64,000 bases of DNA from a virus: positions 86,921 through 150,920 of the IMG/VR virus record IMGVR_UViG_3300046167_000873; one strand, given 5' to 3'. Positions within the stretch are counted from its first letter, which is position 1, and each line of letters begins with the position of its first letter. Under the pieces are notes generated by a model. The model searched no databases, had not been told where the DNA came from, and was given only the letters and a program-made list of their open reading frames with translations. The translations under genes were made by a program, and so were the position numbers. Positions 10,223-20,187 of the stretch are shown piece by piece.

Positions 10223-12160
10223 TTAATACAACTTTAAGTATAACCTTAATTTTTCTATTTCTGAATTTAAGTCTGCGATCATTGCTTGCTGTTCTTGTAT
10301 TGCCTTGATCAACCGGGTCTCAACAGTTCCCAAACCAGAAACCTGTTTGAATCCATCTTCGCCTTCGCTAACCAGATCAGACCAAGCTGTCTGCTCAAGT
10401 TCTTGTGCAATGAATCCCTCACCAGAACCTACTGTAGCATCTTTCCAGTCCCAACGCGCAGGACGTAAAGACATAATGTTGTCTATCTCTGACTCGTGGT
10501 CAACTATATTTTCTTTAAGTCGTATATCAGAGTTAGATGCAAAAGTTGGAGCGCTCGCTGAAGCTGCCTTTATTGTACCTGCTAGAGCATTCCCTCGGTA
10601 GAACTGAATAATGTTTGCAGAAGCTGTACCGTCTTGTCTGTTAATGGCTAATACAGTGTCACCGGTAGCTTCAAAAAGACCTCGACCGTTGTTCAACAAT
10701 GCAACACCCGCGTCGCCTGTACCAAAAGACGACGATGTCTTAGATACCAGGAGATTGCCTGAGGCGTCGATACGCATTCGCTCTCCGCTATTAGTTTCGA
10801 ACCTCATGTGATTAGTGCCGTGGGCATACACAACCTTACCAACTGTATCGCTGGCGCTATCTCCAAACAACAGTTGACAGTTATCGTCATTAGTAGAAAC
10901 TAAAGAAAGTAGAGTTGCTCCTGATCCGCTTAGAGTCAGAAGCCTAGAAGGACTATCAGTGCCAATACCTACGTTGCCATCGCCGTCAAGAGTCATTCTA
11001 TTTACGCTATCTGTAAAATCAAATAAATGAAACTTATCAGCGCTAGCATCAACATACCAAGCATAGGAACCTTGATTATTTGTTGCTTTAAAGGCGGCAA
11101 CATTGTCTGTGCCTTCTACCTCTATTCTTGCAATTCCTGTTTTGTAAACGTGTAGCAGTTCTTCAGGAGATGATATACCAATGCCCACTTGCCCATCGGA
11201 GCCAATGCGCATGGATTCGTCTGTCGCATTTCTATAGAACACAGTATCAGACGATGAGCCACCTGCTGCTGCGAAAAACGATAGTTCACGAGTAGTTGTG
11301 TCCTTGGTGAAAATTGCTTTACGAGTGTTGGAGCTTGGGCCGCCTAGGACGATAGAGATAGGGCCTACGTCTGTGTTAGTTCCTGTAGATACTTCAAGTT
11401 TTTCTATAGGATTATCTGTACCAATGCCCATGTTTCCTGTGGAGTCAATGGTTACCCTATCGTTATTTCCGCCAGTTGCAAAAGTTAAGTTTTGGCTGAA
11501 AGTGTCACTAGTGATTTTAGCTGCTGTTATTCCGTCCGACCTAAATCGCAAAGCCGCGGCTGAAGGAGAATCTATCGCTACTGTAACTGCGCCATTAGCG
11601 GTTCTAACGTCAAGCAGCGCAGTTGGATCTTCAGTGCCAATTCCAATATTTCCATCAGGCGTTACAACAAATCTTTCCTGAATAGTACCGGTATCATCAT
11701 TTGTTTCAAGTACAATTTTCATTGGTACTTCGTTTGATGCAGCGGTATTGGCTACACCATCGACTTTAAATCTAATCGCAGAAGAAGGTTGGAAGTCTTC
11801 ACCATCATGACCCCAGCAATAGATGCCACCTGCGATATCTCCATCTTCTACTGCCTCTGTGTTTGCTTGGCTGCCACGGGCTTTTCTTTGGGATATAACA
11901 CCACCGCCGTTTGAGTCGCCAGAAAAAGTGATCATGTTTGGATTATCGGCATGTGGGGTAGTTCGATCAGTAATAATACTAATGACTGCGTCAGAGTTTG
12001 TTCCAAGGTTTAACTTACTGCTTGAACCAAAAGTTGCAGTTGGAATACTCGCATCAGGAACTGGAATATTATTAACGGTATTTGCATATTCTTCTAATTC
12101 ACCAATTACTTGATTGGATCTCGTTAGAATATCATTAATTGCATCATCGATATCAGACAT
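10223..12160 (-). CDS. Tail fibre/spike protein with C-terminal intramolecular chaperone (peptidase S74)
   Basis: Repeated GNxGIGTxxP units; SDIRLKENI autocleavage motif, GFIAQEL, LIKAIQEQQ coiled coil. Confidence 0.88.
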   Translation of the reverse strand: MSDIDDAINDILTRSNQVIGELEEYANTVNNIPVPDASIPTATFGSSSKLNLGTNSDAVISIITDRTTPHADNPNMITFSGDSNGGGVISQRKARGSQANTEAVEDGDIAGGIYCWGHDGEDFQPSSAIRFKVDGVANTAASNEVPMKIVLETNDDTGTIQERFVVTPDGNIGIGTEDPTALLDVRTANGAVTVAIDSPSAAALRFRSDGITAAKITSDTFSQNLTFATGGNNDRVTIDSTGNMGIGTDNPIEKLEVSTGTNTDVGPISIVLGGPSSNTRKAIFTKDTTTRELSFFAAAGGSSSDTVFYRNATDESMRIGSDGQVGIGISSPEELLHVYKTGIARIEVEGTDNVAAFKATNNQGSYAWYVDASADKFHLFDFTDSVNRMTLDGDGNVGIGTDSPSRLLTLSGSGATLLSLVSTNDDNCQLLFGDSASDTVGKVVYAHGTNHMRFETNSGERMRIDASGNLLVSKTSSSFGTGDAGVALLNNGRGLFEATGDTVLAINRQDGTASANIIQFYRGNALAGTIKAASASAPTFASNSDIRLKENIVDHESEIDNIMSLRPARWDWKDATVGSGEGFIAQELEQTAWSDLVSEGEDGFKQVSGLGTVETRLIKAIQEQQAMIADLNSEIEKLRLYLKLY

Positions 12161-12169
12161 TATTTTTCC

Positions 12170-12751
12170 TTAAATGTTTGGCAGACCGTCAACTGTATTT
12201 TCGACATTATCAAGTGTCCCTCCAACCTCTGATACATCATCGACGACACCTTGTATTTCATCAGTTACGTCTGTAATACCGGCCTTTTCTAATATATCAT
12301 CTTTTATTGTTTCTGCTTTTGCAAGCGCTTTGTTTGCTTGATCAATCAATTCATTTTCAATATCTCTCATTGCGCTTAAAACTGCTTGCTCAGTACAAAA
12401 CTGTAATCTATCAACCGCTGATGTAACAGAACTTGCAAGACCAGCTAAAGCACCTGCAAGTTGTGCAAGCTCAATTGCTTGTTTTGCCATAAGTTCTACT
12501 TGCGCAGCAATTGGTCCACCTACAACCTTTGAAGCCCAAGTAAGAATATCTAAAGGATCAGTTGGCAAGTCTACAAGAGGCGCCCATTGACTTGCGATAT
12601 TAGTAATAGACTCTGTCTTTTGTTCTATAACACTGGTGATATCCTTTACCGCAGTATCAACATATCCCTGGATTGCCTGACAGCTCGTGGCCGCATCGAT
12701 ATCTTCAGTTAGTTCTTCTATGTACGCAGTACTTTCGTTTACACTCGCCAT
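12170..12751 (-). CDS. Hypothetical acidic helical protein, probably baseplate-associated
   Basis: 193 aa ORF packed between gp5 and the tail fibre. Confidence 0.6.
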   Translation of the reverse strand: MASVNESTAYIEELTEDIDAATSCQAIQGYVDTAVKDITSVIEQKTESITNIASQWAPLVDLPTDPLDILTWASKVVGGPIAAQVELMAKQAIELAQLAGALAGLASSVTSAVDRLQFCTEQAVLSAMRDIENELIDQANKALAKAETIKDDILEKAGITDVTDEIQGVVDDVSEVGGTLDNVENTVDGLPNI

Positions 12752-12762
12752 TCTTATGCGCC

Positions 12763-14277
12763 CTACGTGATTGCTGTTACGATACCGGCTATGACAGTAA
12801 CTACCTTACCATCTGCCGAAGTAAATGAGCCTGATGCACCTTTTGTTGTTCCTAGGTTACCATCAACTTTAATGCCGCCGTCTACGTAAATACCAGCATT
12901 AATAACTAAACCGCCTTTTGCTTCTATCTTTTGAAACCCCTCAACAACAATATTACTGTCTTCTTTTACTGACATATAATGTTGTTGTTGAATAGTTGTT
13001 ATTTGTGCACCACCAACAATTGTCTTTTGGTTATTAGCAACTGTCAATATAAAATTATTCTTGTCCTCAATCGGAGCAGGTGTTAATCTGTACTCATTTG
13101 CCGGATCTACACCAACACTCAATACATAGTTATTGCCAGTTGTTTGTATTGTGTTATTAGATACATCTAAATATAGGTTATTGCTGTCAATTGCACCTGT
13201 TTGATAGTTGTCCCTACCGTTATTATTTTTTCGATTATCAGGTGTTTGATCCCAACCAATTGTCCAGTGTGCAGTGTTACCTATCTTTTGGGTTGACGTG
13301 TTTGCAACTTCTACGTTGTGATCTCTTAAAAGCAATTGATTCTTATCTTTAACAACGACCTCAAAAGAAGAGTCCATTGTCTTTTTGCTACGGCGACCTA
13401 AGTAATCGTCTTCGGTAACTCCACCTGCTGTTACATAAGAATAACCAGATGGTCCAAAATCAGGCCACGTAGTTTTATCCTTGTCACCTGATGATCTTGT
13501 ATCGCCGTCAAAGAATGGTGATGGACCATTTGATATCTCTTCGTAACAACCACTGCGATGCCAAATATGTATTCTTTCATGCTTAGGTGTATCATCTATT
13601 TCTATTGCATGACCAGATTTAGTCGTGTACGTTGTGTTATATGGATATTCTGTTGAGTATGCCGTAGGGAATTCATCAACTGGTGATTTTTTCTTTGGGT
13701 CATCTTTCCACAAAGTACTAACACTGTATGGTTCTTTTGGAAGTGTTTGACCAGATCCACCACGCTCTTTCTCGTCATCAAAGAAATAACCTTTTGCAAG
13801 AGAGCTTACATCATGAAACTTAAAGTTCTCTTCAGGTGGTTCTCTTAGATCTTGAAGCATCGATTGTGGATCACTACCAGGTTCAGGATACATCGACACC
13901 TTATGGTATGTTCCAAAGATCATTGGAATATTTGCTTCGTGGCCGTCTAAATAAAAGCCAAAGCAATAAGTCCCTACTGCGATACCAGTCGGTGATAAGC
14001 CAACAGCATCAATCCAATCAGGTACAAATGTTTCTTCATCATATTCTAGTTCGTTAATTTTCTTCCAAGATAAGCTTGCCGATTGGATTGCAGACATCGG
14101 ATATGCCCACAAAAGATCTTCATCTTCTAAACCAAATGTTTCTTTTTTAAGACCTAACTCACCAGTTTGATCGTGGATAACACGTATTTTAACTCGGCCT
14201 AATCTTTCCTCGTCTTTTATATCTACAACTCTGGCCATAAACCAGTGAAAAGAATCTCCGAGATTATAATATGACAT
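12763..14277 (-). CDS. gp5: Baseplate hub/spike gp5 (OB-fold plus beta-helix, no recognisable lysozyme domain)
   Basis: WFMARVVDIKDEERLGRVKIRV, GFYLDG..PMIFG, YPYNTTYTTKSGHAIEIDDTPKHERIHIWHRSG. Confidence 0.9.
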   Translation of the reverse strand: MSYYNLGDSFHWFMARVVDIKDEERLGRVKIRVIHDQTGELGLKKETFGLEDEDLLWAYPMSAIQSASLSWKKINELEYDEETFVPDWIDAVGLSPTGIAVGTYCFGFYLDGHEANIPMIFGTYHKVSMYPEPGSDPQSMLQDLREPPEENFKFHDVSSLAKGYFFDDEKERGGSGQTLPKEPYSVSTLWKDDPKKKSPVDEFPTAYSTEYPYNTTYTTKSGHAIEIDDTPKHERIHIWHRSGCYEEISNGPSPFFDGDTRSSGDKDKTTWPDFGPSGYSYVTAGGVTEDDYLGRRSKKTMDSSFEVVVKDKNQLLLRDHNVEVANTSTQKIGNTAHWTIGWDQTPDNRKNNNGRDNYQTGAIDSNNLYLDVSNNTIQTTGNNYVLSVGVDPANEYRLTPAPIEDKNNFILTVANNQKTIVGGAQITTIQQQHYMSVKEDSNIVVEGFQKIEAKGGLVINAGIYVDGGIKVDGNLGTTKGASGSFTSADGKVVTVIAGIVTAIT

Positions 14278-14288
14278 CTATCTCTCCA

Positions 14289-15564
14289 TTATCCTAATGA
14301 TTTACCAAACTGATCTGGCTTTCGTAACTCATAGACCATTGTATGCACAAATTCATTTGCTTCATTTTTATCACAGCGATGTTTTAACGCTGTTATCATA
14401 TAGTTGTTTCGAGAATATTTCTACTTTCTTAGGTGCTCTTCCTGATAGACCTGATATTTCTGGAAGATTTAATTGCACAATATCGCCTACCTTTATATCT
14501 GTATTACCATAGACTCTAATTCGTACACCTTGCTGTGTCATTCTTTCAATAAACGGTCTTTGATAGTGTAGGTTTTTGTTGTGCTCCATTTCAGGCCGTA
14601 AACTATCTGTAACTGCCATACGGGTTACACTTGGTAATTGCTGTGTAAACGCATTAAAATCAGGACTATTTAAATCAATGCCTTGATCAATTGCTGTATA
14701 GCTACCATGATCTGATATATTGATATATTCTTCAGTATTAAAATATGTACCACGAAAAATATCAAACTCGCGATACTGATTTCTCATTGCACCTTTTTTT
14801 GTTTTTTCTGCTTGTTGGCCCTGACTCATTACTTCATAAGATAGTATTTCCCATGCATTAACATTTAGTTTAAAGTCAGCTTTGTTACCTGTTCGATACT
14901 CGTACTTCTTTCCGGCCGCACCAGCTTTACGATCAGCGATTAATTTTTCAATCGTCTGGAAATGATAACCTTGATTGTCTTCATAAAAAACAAAAACACT
15001 TGACAGGTATTTTTGTGATACGGCTCTTTCTTTAATAACGTCAATAATCTGAAAAGGTCTCTTGTTATTTACAACGTAATCAAAGTGGCCTTTTGTTTGC
15101 TCAAGTGTTACTAAAGGTGTTCCTGCTGACATATCAACGTTTAACAATGTAGCAAGTGCAATATCGTACTTCATGTCAGTATATCTTTTTGTAAACGACA
15201 TTGAAGAGTTCTTGAGAAAATCCTTTGTGACACAACGTAAAACATATGAACGAAGATTTGCCATATCGTTTGTCTTCATGTTTTGAATGGCGTTGATCAT
15301 AAAGTTATATGTAATAGCACCTCTCGATGGTGTTTGGATTGTTACTTCTATTGTTTCTTCACCACCGAGAGGATAATTATTAATTAACTCAATACCGTCA
15401 GTAATATAAAAGTCTGCCGTTACGGTGTAGTTATCAAGGTCTTCATAAATATCAAAGCTTGATACTTGCGCATATATATTGAGCTCGTCGGCACCACTAA
15501 ACTTTTTAAGTGATACCTTTTTACCAACAATAATAACCTTGCCCGCATCGTATACATTACTCAT
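14289..15564 (-). CDS. Baseplate hub protein, gp27-like (apparent one-base insertion near 14408; the ORF track ends it at 14371)
   Basis: IYEDL, FVFYEDNQGYHFQTIEKL, VYGNTDIKVGDIVQL; the shifted frame supplies the expected NYMITALKH... C-terminus ending at 14289, next to the gp5 RBS. Confidence 0.7.
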
Positions 15565-16436
15565 TATTTTAGTACTTCCGTTAGACTAAGGTTTATATCA
15601 TCTGCGTAATAGTTTTCAACAAGACTTAGGTCTCTCTTTTTCTCGTTTAAATCTTCTTCGTATGAGTAATAACTATATTGACTATAATAGACTTCCTCAT
15701 CGACAGGTATGCATTGTTGCAAAAGAATATATGAATCAAAGTCTATTTCAACCTCTACACCAGATTTCTTACCAACAAGCGTATAGTTACTTAATCTTTC
15801 AAAAGATCCATTAATGTTTTTCAGTATGATACCTGTTGAATTTGCACTAGATACCGTAGCTGTCTGATCAAGATTATTTTTAATGTAAACATTTTCATTG
15901 TCATCAAATGTTATTGATTGCTCTGAAGTGAATGATAAAGAGATAATGCGGTTTGTTGTGACATATAAATCTTCTTTAGATCGAGAGTAACCAACAACTC
16001 CGGTTGGTGAAACAATAGGCTGCCAATATTTCTTTTGATTACCAGGTAACGCTTGATAAGCACTTAGCGCTAAAATATTATCAATATATGCAGCATAGTT
16101 TGTTTTATACGTCAATATACTTTTTTGTGCTTCTTCGATTGATCCATATTTCTTTTTAATAAAGCTTGTAAAATCAGTGCTGTTTAGTGGAGTACCGTAA
16201 TAAGGATCTACGATATCATTTGCGAGATAGATTAACCAATCAAAATCGACGTCATTATAATAGTCATGTGCAAGGTGTTGTATGTTATCATCTTCTTTCA
16301 TCGTGTATTCATAAAAGGCTTCATAGAATCCCTTTACGTTTGAGTTAAAATCAACACGCTTTAAGATATTAACACCTACAGTTCCACGGTAATCTATGAG
16401 TGGAAATTTACGGAAATACTCTTCTCTATTTGACAT
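15564..16436 (-). CDS. gp53: Baseplate wedge gp53
   Basis: YFRKFPLIDY, LAHDYYNDVDFDWLIYLANDIVDPY, YEEDLNEKKR; likely start MSNREE at 16436. Confidence 0.88.
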   Translation of the reverse strand: MSNREEYFRKFPLIDYRGTVGVNILKRVDFNSNVKGFYEAFYEYTMKEDDNIQHLAHDYYNDVDFDWLIYLANDIVDPYYGTPLNSTDFTSFIKKKYGSIEEAQKSILTYKTNYAAYIDNILALSAYQALPGNQKKYWQPIVSPTGVVGYSRSKEDLYVTTNRIISLSFTSEQSITFDDNENVYIKNNLDQTATVSSANSTGIILKNINGSFERLSNYTLVGKKSGVEVEIDFDSYILLQQCIPVDEEVYYSQYSYYSYEEDLNEKKRDLSLVENYYADDINLSLTEVLK

Positions 16437-16437
16437 T

Positions 16438-17646
16438 TTATTGTCCGTCGTAATTTTCAACTTCTTGGAAGTTTAAGCCTAAGTTAATTGATACTGGATT
16501 TCCATCAACAAAATAAGCACTCGATCCTTCAGCAGAAAAGTTAATATTGAGTTGACTTACCATTGATCTTTTAAATGTACCATACATCCATGTATCACCA
16601 TCGCCGTTGACTTTAGGCTTTACTAAAAATGGATATTCTAGGTAACCGTTTAAATCTTGAGGAATTGTAAATGCACGAAGAACTGAAAGAATAGCTTTTA
16701 TCATATTAGCATCTTCTTGTGATCGTGGCACCATTTTCCAATTCCATTGAAACTGGCGTAAATCCATACCTTTAAAGAATACCGATGGGTGTGGGTTTGG
16801 TATACCGCCTATAAGTTGACCAGCAAGACCACCAGCAACAGGATCTACAGATTCTAAACCAGTAAATGCCGCTCTTCCTGCAACCTTTGATACAGCACCA
16901 TCCCCGAGAGCATCCTTTACTCTGCCGACAATATTATCACGATCGCTAGCAGTTCCGGCTGCACTTGGTTCTATCATTTTAAGTAATTGACCATGAACAC
17001 CAGTATCAGCATCATCTAATCTAATGCTAGATGTAAATGAAAAGTTTTCAGGTAGAGGTAAATGAATATTGGTATACCCACCAACTGATCCTGGAGCAAA
17101 TGGATTTGTTCGGCTATACTTTGCAAATTGTAATGTTATCCAAACAGGTGCATAAGTATCGAGATCATTAGGAAACTGAAGACCAGCATAACTTAAATCG
17201 AGCATATCTAAATCTTCTAGAACAGCACCAAGAATATCTGATTTGTTTCTCTTAATAACTTCATCAGCGCTCTTTCTTTTGGTGAGTGGTCTATTCTTTG
17301 AGTTTGCTACACTATTCCTAAATTTATTTTCTACGTTGTGTATTGCATTCTTATCTTGTATTACTTTAGGAATTATACTGCCAATAAACTCTCTAGAATT
17401 CTTACGAACAGCTCCAGCAGATTCTAGGTTTTGTGAAATACTTGCACCGATTTCCATGGTCGATCGAGCAGTGTTATTAATATTAGACAGTGCAGTTGAA
17501 ACACTACCATTAATTTTACCAGGTGTCGCTGTAATAGACACTCCGGTATTTGTAATCGCGCCTATTTGGGTTTTTTCAATAAAAGAAAGCTTTTGACTCA
17601 ACTGCCCGGTATCTGGTCCGATTTGTTTTAGTTTAGTATCAGTCAT
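16438..17646 (-). CDS. gp48: Baseplate tail-tube cap gp48
   Basis: IHLPLP, NPHPSVFFKGMDLRQFQWNWKMVPRSQED, PVSINLGLNFQE. Confidence 0.85.
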   Translation of the reverse strand: MTDTKLKQIGPDTGQLSQKLSFIEKTQIGAITNTGVSITATPGKINGSVSTALSNINNTARSTMEIGASISQNLESAGAVRKNSREFIGSIIPKVIQDKNAIHNVENKFRNSVANSKNRPLTKRKSADEVIKRNKSDILGAVLEDLDMLDLSYAGLQFPNDLDTYAPVWITLQFAKYSRTNPFAPGSVGGYTNIHLPLPENFSFTSSIRLDDADTGVHGQLLKMIEPSAAGTASDRDNIVGRVKDALGDGAVSKVAGRAAFTGLESVDPVAGGLAGQLIGGIPNPHPSVFFKGMDLRQFQWNWKMVPRSQEDANMIKAILSVLRAFTIPQDLNGYLEYPFLVKPKVNGDGDTWMYGTFKRSMVSQLNINFSAEGSSAYFVDGNPVSINLGLNFQEVENYDGQ

Positions 17647-17655
17647 TGATATCCC

Positions 17656-17663
17656 TATAAATA
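17656..17663 (+). promoter_or_regulatory. T4-type late promoter TATAAATA for the gp4-gp2-gp54-gp26 operon
   Basis: Exact TATAAATA 6 nt before the gp4 ATG. Confidence 0.75.
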
Positions 17664-17669
17664 GCTACT

Positions 17670-18107
17670 ATGAAAACATACAAAGGTTATTTTAAACCCG
17701 AAAACTGCCAAAAATATAAAGGTGATCCTTCTAACATTATTTATAGAAGTCGCTGGGAGCTCGTTTTTATGCGTTATTGTGATAAGCACCCAGATATCTT
17801 AAAGTGGTCAAGCGAAGAAATTATTATACCTTATAAGTCTCCAATTGATGGAAGGTATCACCGATATTACCCTGACTTTTATATAAAGAAAAAGAATCGC
17901 CAAGGAAAAATCGAAGAGGTGGTTATTGAGATTAAGCCAAACGCTCAAACAAAAGAACCAAAACCACAAAAGAAGCTCACTAAACGTTATTTATCTGAGG
18001 TGCAAACTTGGGGTATAAATAAATCTAAGTGGATAGCTGCAAATAAATATTGTAAAGAAAAGGGATGGGAATTCACAATAATGACCGAAAAGGAATTAGG
18101 GTTATAA
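17670..18107 (+). CDS. gp4: Head completion nuclease gp4 (TnsA-like)
   Basis: YKGDPSNIIYRSRWE, WSSEEIIIPY, HRYYPDF, IEIKP, NKSKWIAA. Confidence 0.95.
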   Translation: MKTYKGYFKPENCQKYKGDPSNIIYRSRWELVFMRYCDKHPDILKWSSEEIIIPYKSPIDGRYHRYYPDFYIKKKNRQGKIEEVVIEIKPNAQTKEPKPQKKLTKRYLSEVQTWGINKSKWIAANKYCKEKGWEFTIMTEKELGL

Positions 18108-18722
18108 ATGGCACGCAGAGAATCTAAATATCTGTTTCAACAGATATCAAAAGAAGGCGAAGCTGTCGGTATTAAGCCAGGATCGATCGACTCTAGAGAT
18201 TGGTTTAGAGACCGAGCAATGGATATTACTAGAGTTAACGCACAAAGGCTTATGACAAACAAGGCATCGATGTATCCAAATCTCACTGAGATGGATGCTG
18301 GCAGAATGTATATGTTTTTCTATGATCCTAAGCACAAAGACAAACTACCGTTCTATGATCGATTTCCGCTCATTTTTATGATGGAAAAATATACCGATGG
18401 GTTTCTTGGTATGAACATGCACTATTTGCCATTGGTTTATAGGGCAAGATTGATGGATCATTTATATGATATTGAGCGCAATGATACTCAAAGAGATAGT
18501 AAAAAGCTTGCACTTAGCTATGGTTTATTGAGAGCTGCTTCGAAATATAAATATTTCACCCCCACAGTAAAGCGTTATCTTACTGGCCATGTAAGGTCAA
18601 GGTTCTTGTATATCCCAGCAGAACAATGGGATATTGCTCTTATGTTGCCAACAGAGAGATTCAAGAAAGCGAGAAAAGGTACTGTGTGGAAAGATTCTCG
18701 TAAGAAAATTAACCAGAGATAA
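18108..18722 (+). CDS. gp2: DNA end protector gp2
   Basis: GRMYMFFYDPKHKDKLPFYDRFPL, FLGMNMHYLP, VKRYL, LPTERF. Confidence 0.95.
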   Translation: MARRESKYLFQQISKEGEAVGIKPGSIDSRDWFRDRAMDITRVNAQRLMTNKASMYPNLTEMDAGRMYMFFYDPKHKDKLPFYDRFPLIFMMEKYTDGFLGMNMHYLPLVYRARLMDHLYDIERNDTQRDSKKLALSYGLLRAASKYKYFTPTVKRYLTGHVRSRFLYIPAEQWDIALMLPTERFKKARKGTVWKDSRKKINQR

Positions 18723-18727
18723 AACAC

Positions 18728-19255
18728 ATGCCATTGAACATCAATGAATTTAAAAGCTCGTTCAGTGAAAGTTTACCAATAACACACTATGAAATGATCG
18801 TCAATCCACCTGGCAATGCCGGAGGTGGTCAAGAAATCAATCTTAGAACAGAAAGTATTATGTTGCCTGGTGTTTCTTTTTTCAGTGTTGATAATTATTC
18901 TGCGTACGGTAATGGTTTGATGTACAACATACCATACCGTTATAGCCCTCAAGAAATCTCAGTCGTCCATACTATAGACGAAGATGCTAATATGATTTCT
19001 ATTTTTAGGGATTGGACGAATAAAATTATTGACTTAAATGGAGATGATAAGTTCGGCGCAAAGTATTTCAAAGATTATGTCGTTGAAGGGCAGATTATTG
19101 TCTTCAATAGACAGTTACAAAGTGCCACTAAAAAGATAAAGCTTTTTGATTTATACCCAATATCTGTAGAACCTATCAATATGAGTTGGGGACAAAATGA
19201 TGATATAGCAAAATTAGCTGTATCGTATCGATTTACAAGATATGAAATGAATTAA
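18728..19255 (+). CDS. gp54: Tail-tube family protein (gp54 tube initiator, gp19-like fold)
   Basis: ESIMLPG, FRDW, LFDLYPISVEPINMSW, LAVSYRF; lies between gp2 and gp26. Confidence 0.65.
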   Translation: MPLNINEFKSSFSESLPITHYEMIVNPPGNAGGGQEINLRTESIMLPGVSFFSVDNYSAYGNGLMYNIPYRYSPQEISVVHTIDEDANMISIFRDWTNKIIDLNGDDKFGAKYFKDYVVEGQIIVFNRQLQSATKKIKLFDLYPISVEPINMSWGQNDDIAKLAVSYRFTRYEMN

Positions 19256-19270
19256 TAATGGAGAAAAATT

Positions 19271-19978
19271 ATGTTACCTAAGATATCACAACCGTTATAT
19301 GAAATTAATCAACCTTCGACCGGTGATATTCTTCAAGTTCGGCCGTTCCTTGTTAAAGAAGAAAAGATACTACTAGGAGCAAAAGAATCTGGTGATGGCA
19401 ATGACATTTATATGGCGATTAAGCAGATCGTTAATAACTGTGTCACGAATGAAGGGTTTGACGTTAACGATATCCCAATTGTAGATATGAACTATATTTT
19501 TATTAAATTGAGAGCATTATCTGTAAGTCCAATTGTAAAGTTTAAAGTCCAAGATAGTACTGATAATATCGAGTATGAACTTGAAATGGATTTAACTGAA
19601 GTAGAAATAAAGACTGACGAAGATCATAGCATGAAAATAGATATTGATGATCAGATTGGCATTATGATGAAGTATCCTACTCCGTCACTTTCAGAAAAAG
19701 TAAAAGATATTGAAACAGAGGTTGAATTAACAACGGCAACAATTGAAGATTCGATAGATTATATTTGGGATGCTGATGATGTTTATCCATGGAGAGATGT
19801 TGTTCAAAAAGAAAGAACAAAGTTTTTAGATGAATTACCTATTGAGATCTATAAGAAAATACAGTCTTTTTACAATACAGCTCCGAGGATTGAGCATGTT
19901 GTAACATATGAAAATAGTGAAGGTACGGAGAAGCGCGTTGTGTTTCGGGATTTGAACGATTTTTTTACGCTAGCCTGA
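19271..19978 (+). CDS. gp26: Baseplate hub assembly protein gp26
   Basis: MLPKI..P.Y, RPFLVKEEKILL, YIFIKLRALSV, MKYP, DLNDFF. Confidence 0.92.
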   Translation: MLPKISQPLYEINQPSTGDILQVRPFLVKEEKILLGAKESGDGNDIYMAIKQIVNNCVTNEGFDVNDIPIVDMNYIFIKLRALSVSPIVKFKVQDSTDNIEYELEMDLTEVEIKTDEDHSMKIDIDDQIGIMMKYPTPSLSEKVKDIETEVELTTATIEDSIDYIWDADDVYPWRDVVQKERTKFLDELPIEIYKKIQSFYNTAPRIEHVVTYENSEGTEKRVVFRDLNDFFTLA

Positions 19979-19989
19979 GTTATATCAAT

Positions 19990-20178
19990 TTGTATAACCA
20001 TTACAAAATATTATTTGACATAACTCAGTATCACAAATTATCGATGACGGATATCAATGAAATGATTCCATACGAAAGAGAAATCTACGTCGATATGATC
20101 GTTGAAAAAATGAACACAGAAAAACAAGAACAGCTTGGTGGTGGTGGAGCAGGAGTTCCAATCGAAACCATGCTATAG
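19990..20178 (+). CDS. gp51: Baseplate hub assembly catalyst gp51
   Basis: QYHKLSMTDINEMIPYEREIYV motif, directly after gp26. Confidence 0.85.
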   Translation: MYNHYKILFDITQYHKLSMTDINEMIPYEREIYVDMIVEKMNTEKQEQLGGGGAGVPIETML

Positions 20179-20187
20179 GAAAAAAAC

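Noticed and set aside
10223-12160. Diversity-generating retroelement or invertase acting on the tail fibre
   Set aside because: No reverse transcriptase, recombinase, template/variable repeat pair or flanking inverted repeats seen in the window.
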